Source of the DNA: an uncultured Acidobacteriota bacterium
GTDB lineage: Bacteria; Acidobacteriota; UBA6911
Direction: 5' to 3'
Length of the DNA: 64,000 nucleotides
NCBI GenBank assembly: GCA_964481255.1
Contig: CAYZTZ010000001.1
Location: 38,236 to 102,235 of the forward strand
The notes beneath the pieces were generated by a model. That model ran no database searches and was not told the DNA's origin. It was given only the letters and a program-made list of their open reading frames with translations. The translations under genes and the position numbers were made by a program. Positions within the stretch are counted from its first letter, which is position 1, and each line of letters opens with the position of its first letter. Below, piece after piece: positions 37,447 to 47,813 of the stretch.

Positions 37447-38250
37447 ATGAGGGTCAAAAGCAAGTGGCTGGCTGTCTTTTTTCTGCTGGCTGTGATGCCC
37501 CTGTCGGGCTGCAACTTCATCCAAAAGCTGCGCGCCCGGGACTACCTGAATAAGGGGGTGAAGGCGTTTACCGAAATGAAGTATGATGCGGCGGCGCAGT
37601 TTTTCGAGAAGTCCGTCCAGCTGGATCCGACTTTTGAAACCGCCCGCATGTACTTGGCAACCGCGTATACCTCTCAGTTCATTCCGGGATCCACCGACCC
37701 CCGGAGCGAAGAGATGGCATATAAGGGGATCGAGACTTTTAAGCAGGTCGTCAACATGGCCGCGGATCCGTCCAAGCCCAACATCAACGCCATGCTCAGC
37801 ATCGCCAGCCTGTATTATCAGCTGAAAAAGTTCGATGAGTCCAAGGAGTGGTGCAACAACATCATCAAGATCGATCCCAAGAACGCCGAGGCGTATTACC
37901 GCATCGCCGTCATTAATTTTGACGATTCGCTGGAGAAGACCGGCGTCCAGGGGGAAAACGTCGAATTCATGACTCCCGAGGAGAAAACCGCCACGCTGGC
38001 CAATATTGAGCAGGCGCTGCAATGCCTTGAAAAGGCGCTCGAAATCCGCCCGGACTACTTCGACGCCATGGAGTACCAGAACCTGCTCTGGAGGGAAAAG
38101 GCCAAGTTTGAAACGGATGCGGCCAAGAAAGCCGAACTGATCCGTCAGGCCGATCTTGTGTCCAAGAAGGCTTTGGATCTCCGGCTGAAGGCTCAGGAGG
38201 AAGAAGCGAAAAAACCCAAAAAGTTGGGGACGATCGGCGGCGGGAAGTAG
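37447..38250 (+). CDS. TPR-repeat lipoprotein (TonB-system-associated)
   Basis: The ATG at 37447 lies 6 nt after GGAGG. It has a lipobox (LSGC) and TPR-like helices. The TonB-ExbB-ExbD-ExbD-TPR layout is common in Acidobacteria and Bacteroidetes. Confidence 0.6.
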   Translation: MRVKSKWLAVFFLLAVMPLSGCNFIQKLRARDYLNKGVKAFTEMKYDAAAQFFEKSVQLDPTFETARMYLATAYTSQFIPGSTDPRSEEMAYKGIETFKQVVNMAADPSKPNINAMLSIASLYYQLKKFDESKEWCNNIIKIDPKNAEAYYRIAVINFDDSLEKTGVQGENVEFMTPEEKTATLANIEQALQCLEKALEIRPDYFDAMEYQNLLWREKAKFETDAAKKAELIRQADLVSKKALDLRLKAQEEEAKKPKKLGTIGGGK

Positions 38251-38336
38251 CAGGGCCGTTCGGCGGCTGATGGCAGGACGGTTCCGCGTTGAGGGATCGA
38301 GGACGTGGAACCATGGAAGGCGCTGAAAACACCTCA

Positions 38337-38369
38337 GGGGACGGGAAGATGGCCCGTCCCCTTTTTTTA
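38337..38369 (+). terminator. rho-independent terminator after TPR gene
   Basis: The stem GGGGACGGG pairs with CCCGTCCCC and is followed by TTTTTTTAT. Confidence 0.7.
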
Positions 38370-38463
38370 TGCCGGCTGTCCGTTCGCCGGGCCCAAGAGC
38401 GACGGGCGCCTTTTACAGCGGTTCCCATATCCTCTATAATGATAAAGGGACTGCCGTACTCGC

Positions 38464-40629
38464 ATGATACGCTATGAGGATCTCGCCGGAAAAATAAGGC
38501 GCTACCATCCCGACGCCCCTATGGAAATGATCCAGAGGGGCTATGTGGTTTCGGCCAAGTATCACAAGGGACAGGTGCGGATGAACGGGGAGCCCTATCT
38601 CACCCACCCCCTGGAAGTCGCCAATATACTGGCCGAGCTCAAGCTCGACGTCGTGACCGTGACGGCGGGCCTCCTTCATGACGTGCTCGAAGACACACTG
38701 ATGTCCCCGGAAGAGCTGAAGCGGCAGTTCGGAGACGAGGTGTTCCAGCTGGTGGACGGCGTCACGAAGATCGCGCAGGTCCAGCTCGCGTCCCGCCACC
38801 AGAAACAGGCCGAGAACTTCCGCAAAATGCTGCTCGCCATGATCGGCGACATCCGCGTCCTGTTCGTCAAGCTGGCCGATCGTCTTCACAACATGCGCAC
38901 CCTTCAATATCTGCCCCCGGAACGGAGGGAGAGAATCTCCCTGGAGACCATGGAGATCTACGCTCCTCTCGCCCATCGGCTGGGCATGGCCAAGATCCGC
39001 GGGGAGCTGGAAGACCTGGCCTTCAGCTTCCTGGATCCCGTCGCCTACCAGAACACGGTGGCGCAAATCGAGGCGCGCCGGGCGGTCACGGAGGATTTTA
39101 TTCACGAAGCCGAGGGCATTATCTCCCGCGAGCTGAAGGAGCATGGAATCCCCGCACGCACCGAAAGCCGCATCAAACGGATCTACGGCATCTACAACAA
39201 GATGAGGAGGCAGAAAATCTCCATCGACGAGGTTTTCGACTTTGTGGCCGTGAGAGTGATCACCGATACGGTGCGCAACTGCTACACCATCCTCGGGATC
39301 CTGCACAACCTCTGGAAGCCCGTGCCGGGCCGCATCAAGGATTATATCGCCATCCCCCGCCCCAACCTGTACCAGTCGCTGCACACGTCCGTCATCGGAC
39401 GCAACGGCCAGCCTTTCGAGATTCAGATACGGACCGACGAGATGCACCGGATCGCCGAGGAGGGAATCGCGGCCCATTGGAAGTACAAGGAGGGCAAACT
39501 CGGCACCGTGGAAGGGGAGGAGCAGTTCCGGCGGTTGCGGCAGCTCGTCATGTCGCAGGAGGAAATCAGCGATCCGCGCGAATTCCTGAGCAATCTGAAG
39601 ATCGACCTGTACCCGGACGAGGTCTATTGCTTCACGCCGAAAGGCGAGGTCATCACCCTGCCCCGGGACGCGACCCCTGTCGATTTCGCTTACGCCATCC
39701 ACACGGAGGTAGGGCACCATTGTGTCGCCGCGCGCGTCAACACGCGCATCGTCCCGCTCCGGCACAAGATACGCAACGGGGAGATCGTGGAGGTGGTCAC
39801 GGCGAAGGACGCGTCTCCCAGCCGGGACTGGCTGACGTTCGTCAAGACGGCCCGCGCGCGCGGAAAGATCAAGCACTGGATCAATCAGAAGGAAAAGGAG
39901 GACGCCGCCGAACTGGGCCGCAAGCTGATGGAGAGGGAGGCGCGCCGGTTCAAGACCACCTGGAAGAAGGTGCTGCTGATGAACAGGCTCCCGGAAGTCC
40001 TTGCGCGCTGCGGCCTGCAAAAGCCGGAGGAGATCTATTCCGCCGTCGGCTTCGGAAAAATCGCGCCGCGCCAGATCCTCTCTCCGCTTTTCCCCGACCT
40101 CGCCCCTCTGCCCGAAGCCAAGGTCAAGCCGTCGCGCGTGCCGTCCGTGGTCCGGAAGGTTCTGGGACAGGCGGACTCGGCCATCACCGTCAAGGGCCAG
40201 GACGGGCTTCTCGTCTACCGCGCCAAATGCTGCAATCCCATTCGCGGCGATGAGATCGTCGGATACATCACCCGGGGGAAAGGTGTCTCCGTCCATACCA
40301 CCTCCTGTCCGAACCTTGCCAACTTCCTGGGCTCCGACCGGATTACCGACGTGGAATGGATGAGCATTCCGGACGATGAGGTTTTCCCCGTGCGCCTGGC
40401 GATCACGGTGGAAGACAGGCAGGGAATCCTGGCCGACATCACGTCCGCCATATCCAACCTCAAGACCAATATCCGGGAATCGCGCTCCTCGAGCGACAGC
40501 GACTCCGGCAAAGGCCTGGTCGAGATCACGGTGGACATCAGCGACGTCAAACATCTGCAGAAGGTGATTCAGGGCTTGAAAACCATCCGCGGGATCCAGG
40601 AAGTGGAACGGGTCCAGCAGATCCCATAG
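38464..40629 (+). CDS. rel: bifunctional (p)ppGpp synthetase/hydrolase Rel (RelA/SpoT family)
   Basis: It has an HD hydrolase domain (HPLEVANILAELKLD...HDVLEDT), a synthetase domain, a TGS domain and a C-terminal ACT domain. It is 721 aa. Confidence 0.9.
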   Translation: MIRYEDLAGKIRRYHPDAPMEMIQRGYVVSAKYHKGQVRMNGEPYLTHPLEVANILAELKLDVVTVTAGLLHDVLEDTLMSPEELKRQFGDEVFQLVDGVTKIAQVQLASRHQKQAENFRKMLLAMIGDIRVLFVKLADRLHNMRTLQYLPPERRERISLETMEIYAPLAHRLGMAKIRGELEDLAFSFLDPVAYQNTVAQIEARRAVTEDFIHEAEGIISRELKEHGIPARTESRIKRIYGIYNKMRRQKISIDEVFDFVAVRVITDTVRNCYTILGILHNLWKPVPGRIKDYIAIPRPNLYQSLHTSVIGRNGQPFEIQIRTDEMHRIAEEGIAAHWKYKEGKLGTVEGEEQFRRLRQLVMSQEEISDPREFLSNLKIDLYPDEVYCFTPKGEVITLPRDATPVDFAYAIHTEVGHHCVAARVNTRIVPLRHKIRNGEIVEVVTAKDASPSRDWLTFVKTARARGKIKHWINQKEKEDAAELGRKLMEREARRFKTTWKKVLLMNRLPEVLARCGLQKPEEIYSAVGFGKIAPRQILSPLFPDLAPLPEAKVKPSRVPSVVRKVLGQADSAITVKGQDGLLVYRAKCCNPIRGDEIVGYITRGKGVSVHTTSCPNLANFLGSDRITDVEWMSIPDDEVFPVRLAITVEDRQGILADITSAISNLKTNIRESRSSSDSDSGKGLVEITVDISDVKHLQKVIQGLKTIRGIQEVERVQQIP

Positions 40630-40715
40630 GGCCGGGACTGCAAAGGCAAAGTTCGAATTTCGAATCGCGGCTCGCGGGGGGCGAAGGAAGGCACGATGAT
40701 TTCGGGAGGATCGGG

Positions 40716-41093
40716 ATGAAGGAGATCGTGGAAACCAGGGAAGCCGCGGCGCCCATCGGGCCCTATTCCCAGGCCGTACGCGCCGGCGGGTTCGTTTTCG
40801 TTTCGGGCCAGATCCCCGTCCGGCCGGAAACGGGACAGGTCGTGGAAGGGGACATCGCTGCACAGACCCGCCAGGTTTTGGAGAATCTTTCCGCCATACT
40901 CCGGGCCGCGGGAAGCGATCTCGGGAAGGTCGTCAAGACCACGGTCTTTTTATCCAATTTCGACGACTTTCCGGCCATGAACCGGATATACGGGGAGTTT
41001 TTCGCGGAGGCCTGCCCCGCGCGCTCCACCGTTCAGGCGGCGCGTCTGCCCAAGGATGTATTGGTGGAAATTGAGGCGGTCGCGATCTCCTAG
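40716..41093 (+). CDS. ridA: RidA family reactive intermediate/imine deaminase (YjgF)
   Basis: The sequence is PIGPYSQAVRAGGFVFVSGQIP...VKTTVFLSNFDDFPAMNRIYGEFF. Confidence 0.85.
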   Translation: MKEIVETREAAAPIGPYSQAVRAGGFVFVSGQIPVRPETGQVVEGDIAAQTRQVLENLSAILRAAGSDLGKVVKTTVFLSNFDDFPAMNRIYGEFFAEACPARSTVQAARLPKDVLVEIEAVAIS

Positions 41094-41275
41094 ATCGCCT
41101 TTTGCACCCTGCCGGATCTCAGGCACCGTGTGCAGACCCGGACGCGCTTGACCGTGCCGTTTTCGATGATGCGGACGCTCTGGAGATTCGGATAGAATTT
41201 TCGGGAGCGGATATTATGAGCGTGGGAGACGGTATGGCCGAAGACCGGTTTTTTAGCGCAAACGTAACACTGCAT
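41090..41275 (-). CDS. rpmB: 50S ribosomal protein L28
   Basis: The sequence MQCYVCAKKPVFGHTVSHAHNIRSRKFYPNLQSVR is the L28 signature. The start is chosen at the third Met of the track ORF. Confidence 0.8.
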   Translation of the reverse strand: MQCYVCAKKPVFGHTVSHAHNIRSRKFYPNLQSVRIIENGTVKRVRVCTRCLRSGRVQKAI

Positions 41276-41447
41276 CGGCATGGTCCTGCTCTCCATTAAA
41301 GGGGCGCATCATACCAATCGCAGCTTCCCGAGTCAAGACGAATCGCGAAGGACTCTTGAAACGGCGCCTCGCGCGCCCCGCCCGGCGCCCGGGGCCCTGT
41401 CATCCCCCGCCGCGCCCTGCGCTTGTCATCCATGCTTTTTCAATCCC

Positions 41448-42305
41448 CTAGACCAGGTCTTCTCCTCCATCGACGCGGATGATGTTCCCCGTCGCCCAAT
41501 GCGTCTCGCACAGGCTGAGCGCGACGAGAATTTCAGCCACGTCCTCCGGTGTCGTCAAACGACCCCCCGGATTCAGTTCCAGGGCGCGCTCAAACATCTT
41601 TTCACTGCCGGGTATCCGGCGGGCCGCCGGCGTTTCCGTCACGCCGGCCTGCAGAGCGTTCACCGCAATACCCCATGGGGCCAGTTCCACCGCCAGCTGG
41701 CGGACATGCGATTCCAGGGTGGCCTTTGCGGCGGAGACGGCGCCGTAGGCCGGCCAGATTTTCCTGCCTCCGGCGCTCGTCATCGCCCAAATCTTCGCTC
41801 CCTTGCGCAGAAGCCCCGCGTCGCGCAGATCCTGGACCCAATAGACAAGGCTGTGCGCCATGACCTCCAGGGTCATAGTCATGTCGGCCGGCCGGACCCT
41901 GCTTCCCGGATCGTCGGCGATGAATGGTTTAAGGGTTCCGAATGCAAGCGAGTGCAGCAGGCAACGGATCCCGTGTTCTCCCGCATCACTGTCCATGGCG
42001 TCGCGGCAGGCCCTTATCACCTCGGAACGGCGCTCTGGATCCGCCGCGTTGACATTGAAGAACAGAGCCCGGCGTCCCAGTCCCCGGATTTCGGAGGCCA
42101 GGCTTTCCACCCGGCCCGCCGCCGCCCTGCGGTCCAGATGGACGCCGGCGATGTCGAAGCCGCTTCGCGCGAGCGCCAGGGCGGAAGCGGCGCCGAAGCC
42201 GCCGGATGCGCCGAGTATGAGCGCCCACTGTCGTGGTATGTCTTCGGGCACGAGGACCTCCCTTCTTGACAATGCCCCGCAATCTGTCCATCCTGAGTCT
42301 ATCAT
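41448..42305 (-). CDS. enoyl-[acyl-carrier-protein] reductase-like SDR (FabI/FabL-type, Y-x6-K motif)
   Basis: It has a Rossmann GASGGFG motif. The catalytic YGAVSAAKATLESHVRQLAVELA aligns with the FabI Y-x6-K region rather than the classical SDR YxxxK. Confidence 0.5.
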   Translation of the reverse strand: MIDSGWTDCGALSRREVLVPEDIPRQWALILGASGGFGAASALALARSGFDIAGVHLDRRAAAGRVESLASEIRGLGRRALFFNVNAADPERRSEVIRACRDAMDSDAGEHGIRCLLHSLAFGTLKPFIADDPGSRVRPADMTMTLEVMAHSLVYWVQDLRDAGLLRKGAKIWAMTSAGGRKIWPAYGAVSAAKATLESHVRQLAVELAPWGIAVNALQAGVTETPAARRIPGSEKMFERALELNPGGRLTTPEDVAEILVALSLCETHWATGNIIRVDGGEDLV

Positions 42306-42483
42306 GATTCCAGGTCCGCGACGGCGCCGCTCGTGGTAGGATGGGGATGCCGGCGAAAGGGCGGCGGACCTGCAAGGGGCGGCAAAATTTAATGGCTCAA
42401 AACTTCATTGCAGCATTAAGCATAGGGACGGAATGCAGGCAGAGCCCTTCGGGAATTCATACCCCAAAGGAAGGAATAAGGCG

Positions 42484-43524
42484 ATGGCAGACGAGCGGAT
42501 GAGCAAAAACAAGGCGATCGACATGGCCTTGACACAGATTGAGAAGCAGTTCGGCAAAGGCTCCATCATGCGCCTGGGCGACCGCATCGACACCGCGGGC
42601 GTTCAGGCCATCTCCACGGGTTCCATTTCCTTTGACGCCGCCCTGGGCGTGGGCGGTTTCCCCCGGGGGCGCGTGGTGGAAATTTTCGGCCCCGAATCGA
42701 GCGGCAAGACCACCATCGCGCTGCACGCCATCGCCCAGGCCCAAAAGGCCGGCGGAACGGCCGCGTTCATCGACGCCGAACACGCCATGGATGCCAGTTA
42801 CGCCAAGCTTCTGGGGGTCAATACCGATGAACTGCTGGTTTCCCAGCCGGACAGCGGGGAGCAGGCCCTGGAAATCGCGGAGGTGCTGGTGCGCAGCGGC
42901 GCCGTCGATATCCTTGTCGTCGATTCCGTGGCCGCGCTCGTTCCCAAGGCCGAGCTGGAGGGGGAAATGGGAGATTCGCTCCCCGGCCTGCAGGCCCGCC
43001 TGATGTCGCAGGCCCTGCGCAAGCTGACCGCCATTGTCTCCAAATCCAACACCTGCATGATTTTCATCAACCAGATGCGCGAAAAGATCGGCGTCATGTT
43101 CGGCAACCCGGAGACCACGACAGGAGGGCGCGCCCTTAAATTTTACTCTTCCATCCGCGTGGATATCCGGCGCATCGCGTCCATCAAGGAAGGGGACCAG
43201 GTCGTCGGAAGCAGGACGCGCGTCAAGATCGTCAAAAACAAGCTTGCGCCCCCGTTCCGGGAGGCCGAATTCGATATCCTTTACAATCAGGGCATATCCT
43301 ATGAGGGCGACCTTATCGATCAGGCCGTCGAACGGAAGCTCATCGAAAAGAGCGGGGCCTGGTTTTCCTATCAGGGTGAAAGGCTGGGCCAGGGGAGGGA
43401 GAACGCCAAGCAGTTCATTCGCGAGCACCCGGAGATCGCCGCCGCATTGAGCGCCAAATTGCGCGAGATGCTGGGCCTCGTCAAGCCGGCGCAGGCGCAG
43501 GCCGAAAAAGGCAAGACCGGATAG
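42484..43524 (+). CDS. recA: recombinase RecA
   Basis: The sequence is [33 protein letters not shown], with Walker [10 protein letters not shown] and the [22 protein letters not shown] loop. Confidence 0.95.
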   Translation: MADERMSKNKAIDMALTQIEKQFGKGSIMRLGDRIDTAGVQAISTGSISFDAALGVGGFPRGRVVEIFGPESSGKTTIALHAIAQAQKAGGTAAFIDAEHAMDASYAKLLGVNTDELLVSQPDSGEQALEIAEVLVRSGAVDILVVDSVAALVPKAELEGEMGDSLPGLQARLMSQALRKLTAIVSKSNTCMIFINQMREKIGVMFGNPETTTGGRALKFYSSIRVDIRRIASIKEGDQVVGSRTRVKIVKNKLAPPFREAEFDILYNQGISYEGDLIDQAVERKLIEKSGAWFSYQGERLGQGRENAKQFIREHPEIAAALSAKLREMLGLVKPAQAQAEKGKTG

Positions 43525-43667
43525 AACTATCCCCGGAACCGCATCCCGGCAGAACGACCGCCCAACCCGTTCGGCTGGAGCCGGGCCGCGATTCCGTGCA
43601 GCCGTCCGTCTCCAGGAGCGCCTGTCGCGGAAACTCTTTCGCTTCGCAGCCGAAAGGCATAAAATGA

Positions 43668-44052
43668 TATCGCCGGAGTCGGCCAGGCAATCGCGTCCCT
43701 GTCCTCAGGGCCGAGGAAAGTCCGAACTCCACAGGGCGGTGTGCCTCGTAACACGAGGGAGGGGCGACCCTACGGAAAGTGCCACAGAAAACATACCGCC
43801 TCGCGCGGCGAGGTAAGGGTGAAAAGGTGCGGTAAGAGCGCACCGCGCCGCTGGTAACAGCGGCGGCACGGTAAACCCCACACGGAGCAAGGTCAAATAG
43901 AAAAGCGATTCCTGCAAGGGATAAGGACGGCCCGTCCGATGCTTTTGGGTAGACCGCTGGATCCCCGGGGCGACCCGGGGACTAGATGAATGATTGCCGT
44001 CCCTGCGCCGCAGGGAAACAGAATTCGGCTTACGGCCGGCTCCGGCGACACA
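43668..44052 (+). ncRNA. rnpB: RNase P RNA, bacterial type A
   Basis: It has the conserved blocks GAGGAAAGTCCG.ACTCCACAGGGCG, GTAAGGGTGAAAAGGTGCGGTAAGAGCGCACC, GGTAACAGCGGCGGCACGGTAAACCCCAC.CGGAGCAAGGTCAAATAG and CTAGATGAATGATTGCCG...ACAGAATTCGGCTTAC. The P1 helix TCGCCGGAGTCGGCC pairs with GGCCGGCTCCGGCGA. Confidence 0.9.
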
Positions 44053-44193
44053 AATATCCTTCAAAGACCTTCGGTCAAGCCGAGGACGCGCATTCGGGGT
44101 TTGTCGGTGAACGCGTCAAGAAGTCCCCATGCCATACCGCCGCCCTTTTGCCGGATGAATGCATGAGATCCGGGTCGCGTCTTCGCCGTCGGG

Positions 44194-45036
44194 CTAGGGG
44201 CGGATGTGGGAGACCTCTTTCAAACGGCCGAAGACGCGCCCCAGCTTCACCTGGATCTCAAACTGGACGGGAATCTTTTTTTCATCGGCGGAAAGCCACA
44301 TGCTGAATTGACCCCCTTCCTTGAACAGGCCTCCCATCAGGGCGATCGTTTCGATCTTCCAGGCCGTGAATCTGCCCGCCGGGGCCTCGACGACATCCTG
44401 TTTTTTCACACGGGATCGAACCTCCTTGATCAGGTCGTCGTTGGCGAGCAACGAAGTGTGCTCGTATCCCGCGGTGAGGGGAAGCGTCCTCAGAAAATAG
44501 AGGGCGGAAAATGGATCCTGAACGCATGCCGGGATGCCTTCCTTGACCGTATCCTTCCTCACGGCGGGAGGGGTCACAGACTCGTCGAGATCCCGGATGT
44601 GGAGGCTCCCGCTTTCCCCCATGTACTCCACATCGATCCGCCTTTTGCGCCTGCCTTCGCGGATGACGCTCGAGGCTCTCAGGGCACAGAGCGTTCCCGT
44701 TTCGGAGAGAAAAACGAAATGATCCTCGATTTTCATGCCCGTCAGATTGATAAGGGCTCCGCTGGACCGCGCATTAAAGGATATCCGCAGGACTTTCCGG
44801 CCCCGATGTTCCGTCTCCTCGGCCAGCCACAGCTCCGCTTCGCCCGCGTGCATTCTGGGGAGAAAGAAGAAGTACCACGGCGGGTCCCATTGAACCGTGT
44901 ATACAAGCCGCTCGCCGACGGTAAAGGGATTGCCGGCGGCGTCATCGGCGCGCGCCCCGTCCTTGCCGTGGAGCGCGCCGGCATGCGCCGCCGCCAGCAG
45001 ATAAACGGCCGCAATCAGGGATTTAGGAGCGGACAA
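44194..45036 (-). CDS. DUF3108-like secreted protein (LPS-cluster associated)
   Basis: It has a signal peptide (LIAAVYLLAAAHAGA). It is the last gene of the heptose/LPS-core operon. The family assignment is from memory of DUF3108 context and is low confidence. Confidence 0.4.
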   Translation of the reverse strand: MSAPKSLIAAVYLLAAAHAGALHGKDGARADDAAGNPFTVGERLVYTVQWDPPWYFFFLPRMHAGEAELWLAEETEHRGRKVLRISFNARSSGALINLTGMKIEDHFVFLSETGTLCALRASSVIREGRRKRRIDVEYMGESGSLHIRDLDESVTPPAVRKDTVKEGIPACVQDPFSALYFLRTLPLTAGYEHTSLLANDDLIKEVRSRVKKQDVVEAPAGRFTAWKIETIALMGGLFKEGGQFSMWLSADEKKIPVQFEIQVKLGRVFGRLKEVSHIRP

Positions 45037-46087
45037 CCGGCGCGCCTCCTTTTCTCCTCAGCCGGCGAAGGACGGCGTCGAACACCTCATCGACGCTTAT
45101 GTCCATGCATTCATTCCGCGTCGGACAGGTTCTTTTATAGCAAAAACTGCATTCGAGGGTGTGGCACACGGCTTCGTCCCCCTCTTGCCAGGGACCGTTT
45201 CGGACGGGGGAGGTGGGTCCGAAAACGCCGACCGCAGGCGTACCGAGAGCGCAGGCGAGATGGAAAGGCCCCGTGTCCCCTCCGATAAACAGGCTGCATT
45301 TTCTCAAAAGAGGAATCAACTGCAAAAAGGAAACGGCGACATGACGGGGCCGGGCGCCGCCGGAATGTTCCGCGATCGCCCGATAGAGCGGTTCTTCGCC
45401 CGGGCCCGTAGTCACGGCCGCCTCGAGCCCAAGTTCATCCCGGATTCTCGCGGCCAGCGCCCCGAACCGCTCCGCCTTCCATCGCTTGGTCGCCCAGCCG
45501 CCCCCGGGATTCATGACGACAAAGTCGCCGAGCCGCTCCCTGTGCAGAATCGCGTGGATATGCCGGAAATCTTCATCCGGGACGATGAAATCCGGCAGGG
45601 TCGCCCCGGGGCGCGCCCCGGCCAGTCCCGCGAGCATCCGGTTCAGGGTGAGGACATGAGAGGGCCTATCCGGTTTGCCGAGCGATTGATGGTAGAACCA
45701 GTGGGCCGGCGGCTCGCGCACCAGCTCCTTGGAGTATCCCAACCGTGTGCGGGACCCGCTGGCCAGGGCGAGAAAAGCCGTTTTCAGCAGTCCCTGGAAA
45801 TCAATGACGTAGTGGTATCGGCGGGATCTCAGATTGCGCACGAGATTGCGCAGGGAGCGCCACGCCGGCCGGTGGGGCGGAAACAGCGACAGGGCGTTGG
45901 TGTCGACAGGGAGTATGTCGTCGATCCCCCGGACGGCGGACAAAAGGAATCGGGACTTTTCCCCCACCAGCCAGTCGATTCGGGCCTCCGGAAAAGACGT
46001 GCGCAGGTCGGCCAGCGCCGGAAGCGTGTGCAGGATATCCCCCAGCGAGCTGAGGCGAATAATCAAAATCCTGGGAGAAGCTCTCAT
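45023..46087 (-). CDS. waaC: lipopolysaccharide heptosyltransferase I (GT9 family)
   Basis: It starts MRASPRILIIRLSSLGDILHTLPALADL, the GT9 N-terminus, and has a C-terminal GGDTGPFHLA motif. Confidence 0.75.
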   Translation of the reverse strand: MRASPRILIIRLSSLGDILHTLPALADLRTSFPEARIDWLVGEKSRFLLSAVRGIDDILPVDTNALSLFPPHRPAWRSLRNLVRNLRSRRYHYVIDFQGLLKTAFLALASGSRTRLGYSKELVREPPAHWFYHQSLGKPDRPSHVLTLNRMLAGLAGARPGATLPDFIVPDEDFRHIHAILHRERLGDFVVMNPGGGWATKRWKAERFGALAARIRDELGLEAAVTTGPGEEPLYRAIAEHSGGARPRHVAVSFLQLIPLLRKCSLFIGGDTGPFHLACALGTPAVGVFGPTSPVRNGPWQEGDEAVCHTLECSFCYKRTCPTRNECMDISVDEVFDAVLRRLRRKGGAPVVRS

Positions 46088-46578
46088 GAGCGGAACTTGG
46101 CCAATATGGTCTGGATCAGATCGCGCGTCGAATGATTCTTGGAGTCTCCGGCGATCGCCACGCGGCCCCCGAACTCCCGCACCGTTTCGCGTTCCGGGAC
46201 GCTCTCCTCCGTGTAATCGGTCCCCTTCGCGTGGACGTCGGGACGCAACAGATTCAGGATATCATCCGCCGTGGCCGCGTCAAACATCACAACGTAGTCG
46301 ACGCATTCCATCGACGCGACGATCTCGGCCCGGTCCGCTTCCGGCTGCAGGGGACGGCCTTCGCCTTTCAGGGCGGCCACGCTGGCGTCGCTGTTGATTC
46401 CCACGATCAGAACGTCGCCCATGGCCCGGGCGGCCTGCAGGTACCGGATGTGGCCGACATGAATCAGGTCGAAACAGCCGTTGGCGAAGACGATTTTCCG
46501 GTTGGAAGCGCGCAGGTCCGCCGCGATGGACTGAAGTTCTTCGAGACTTCTTATTTTAAGCTTCGGATCGGTGATCAT
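46084..46578 (-). CDS. rfaE2: D-glycero-beta-D-manno-heptose 1-phosphate adenylyltransferase (HldE C-terminal domain as separate gene, RfaE2)
   Basis: It has a cytidylyltransferase-like fold with IVFANGCFDLIHVGHIRYLQAARAMGDVLIVGINSD. The start is chosen at MITDPKL. Confidence 0.8.
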   Translation of the reverse strand: MITDPKLKIRSLEELQSIAADLRASNRKIVFANGCFDLIHVGHIRYLQAARAMGDVLIVGINSDASVAALKGEGRPLQPEADRAEIVASMECVDYVVMFDAATADDILNLLRPDVHAKGTDYTEESVPERETVREFGGRVAIAGDSKNHSTRDLIQTILAKFRS

Positions 46579-46612
46579 GCGAAACGATTCGAGGTTCAAA
46601 GCCTGACGGATC

Positions 46613-47620
46613 CTACGCGCGCCGCCGCCCCGCGGGGTCCTTCTCGACGGCCGCGCGGAGTTCATCGGGCGTCACGGTCGCCGTCCCCCGCTTCATCACC
46701 ACAATCCCCCCCGCGTAATTGGCGAGACGGGCGGCGCATTCAGCGGAAGCGCCGCAGGAAAGGGCCAGAGTGAAGACCGCGATGACCGTATCGCCCGCCC
46801 CGGTGACATCCGCCACTTCGTCCGTGCCGTACACCGGGATGTGCAGGGGCGCTTTGCGCCGTTCAAACAGGGTCATGCCGAAGCGTCCCTGAGTGACCAG
46901 CAGGGACTCGAGGCGCTGGCGCCGCAGCACCCGTCTCGCGGTTTCGTGAAGCCGTCCCGTGTCGGAGCCGATGGGGACGCGCATCGAGGATTCCAGCTCC
47001 GTGATGTTGGGAGTCATGGAGGTCACGCCGCTGTAAGCCCCCATGTCAAATCTCGAATCCACGACGACCGGGACTTTCTTGTCCCTGGCCTCCCGCATCA
47101 GGCCGTCCGGCAAAGGGGTGGAAAAGGCGCCGTAGCCGTAATCACTGAGAATAATGCCGTCCGCCCGCGTCAGGCTCCGGCGAAGAAGGCCCCAGGGTAT
47201 GGGGAACGCCGAACCGGGTTGCGGTTCCCGGTCGAGGCGCACGATCTGCTGTGACGTGGAATGATGCGCGCCTGCCAGGATGCGCGTTTTGACGGGAGTG
47301 GCATAGGAGCCGAGCCTGCGCACGCCGCGGACATCGGCGCCTTTCCTTTTGAGCACGGCCAGCAGGTCGCGTCCCGGCTCGTCCCGCCCGACGGCGCCGA
47401 GCACGGTCACCTCGCATCCGAGGTCGAGCAGGTTGTTGGCGGCATTGGCCGCCCCTCCCGGGAGGCGGATGAGTTTCTCGTATTCCAGCACCAGGACAGG
47501 GGCTTCGCGGGAGATTCTCGACGTCCGCCCGTAGACAAACTCGTCGGCGATAAGATCCCCGGCCACAACGATCCTGCGCTGCGGGAACCTTTTCAGAATC
47601 TCAAGCAGTTGTTCGCGCAT
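46613..47620 (-). CDS. rfaE1: D-glycero-beta-D-manno-heptose-7-phosphate kinase (HldE N-terminal domain as separate gene, RfaE1)
   Basis: It has a PfkB-family ribokinase fold (RIVVAGDLIADEFVYG ... DVTGAGDTVIAVF). The start is chosen at MREQLLEIL. Confidence 0.8.
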   Translation of the reverse strand: MREQLLEILKRFPQRRIVVAGDLIADEFVYGRTSRISREAPVLVLEYEKLIRLPGGAANAANNLLDLGCEVTVLGAVGRDEPGRDLLAVLKRKGADVRGVRRLGSYATPVKTRILAGAHHSTSQQIVRLDREPQPGSAFPIPWGLLRRSLTRADGIILSDYGYGAFSTPLPDGLMREARDKKVPVVVDSRFDMGAYSGVTSMTPNITELESSMRVPIGSDTGRLHETARRVLRRQRLESLLVTQGRFGMTLFERRKAPLHIPVYGTDEVADVTGAGDTVIAVFTLALSCGASAECAARLANYAGGIVVMKRGTATVTPDELRAAVEKDPAGRRRA

Positions 47621-47813
47621 TTCAAGCGCCTGAATGTAACAGAGATTCCGGAGAAAAACAATTTGCCGTCGTTTCCTCGGATTCTCCGCAGGATTTGTGA
47701 CCGGCGTCACGGACGCGGCGACTCCATGGCTGTAAACTGTGCGCTGCTGGAGGATCATCCGCGGCCCGGATCGTCGAGGGATGCTCTCGGATACCGGGGG
47801 ATGCCCGAGCCCC

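Noticed and set aside
42306-42483. A LexA/SOS box upstream of recA.
   Set aside because: No CTGT-N8-ACAG or GAAC-N4-GTTC type palindrome is present; there is only a weak AT-rich stretch.
43481-44306. Several small ORFs (43481..43843, 43527..43754, 43705..44064, 43986..44306).
   Set aside because: The region is the RNase P RNA gene, with a conserved P4 pseudoknot and other blocks. These ORFs are spurious.
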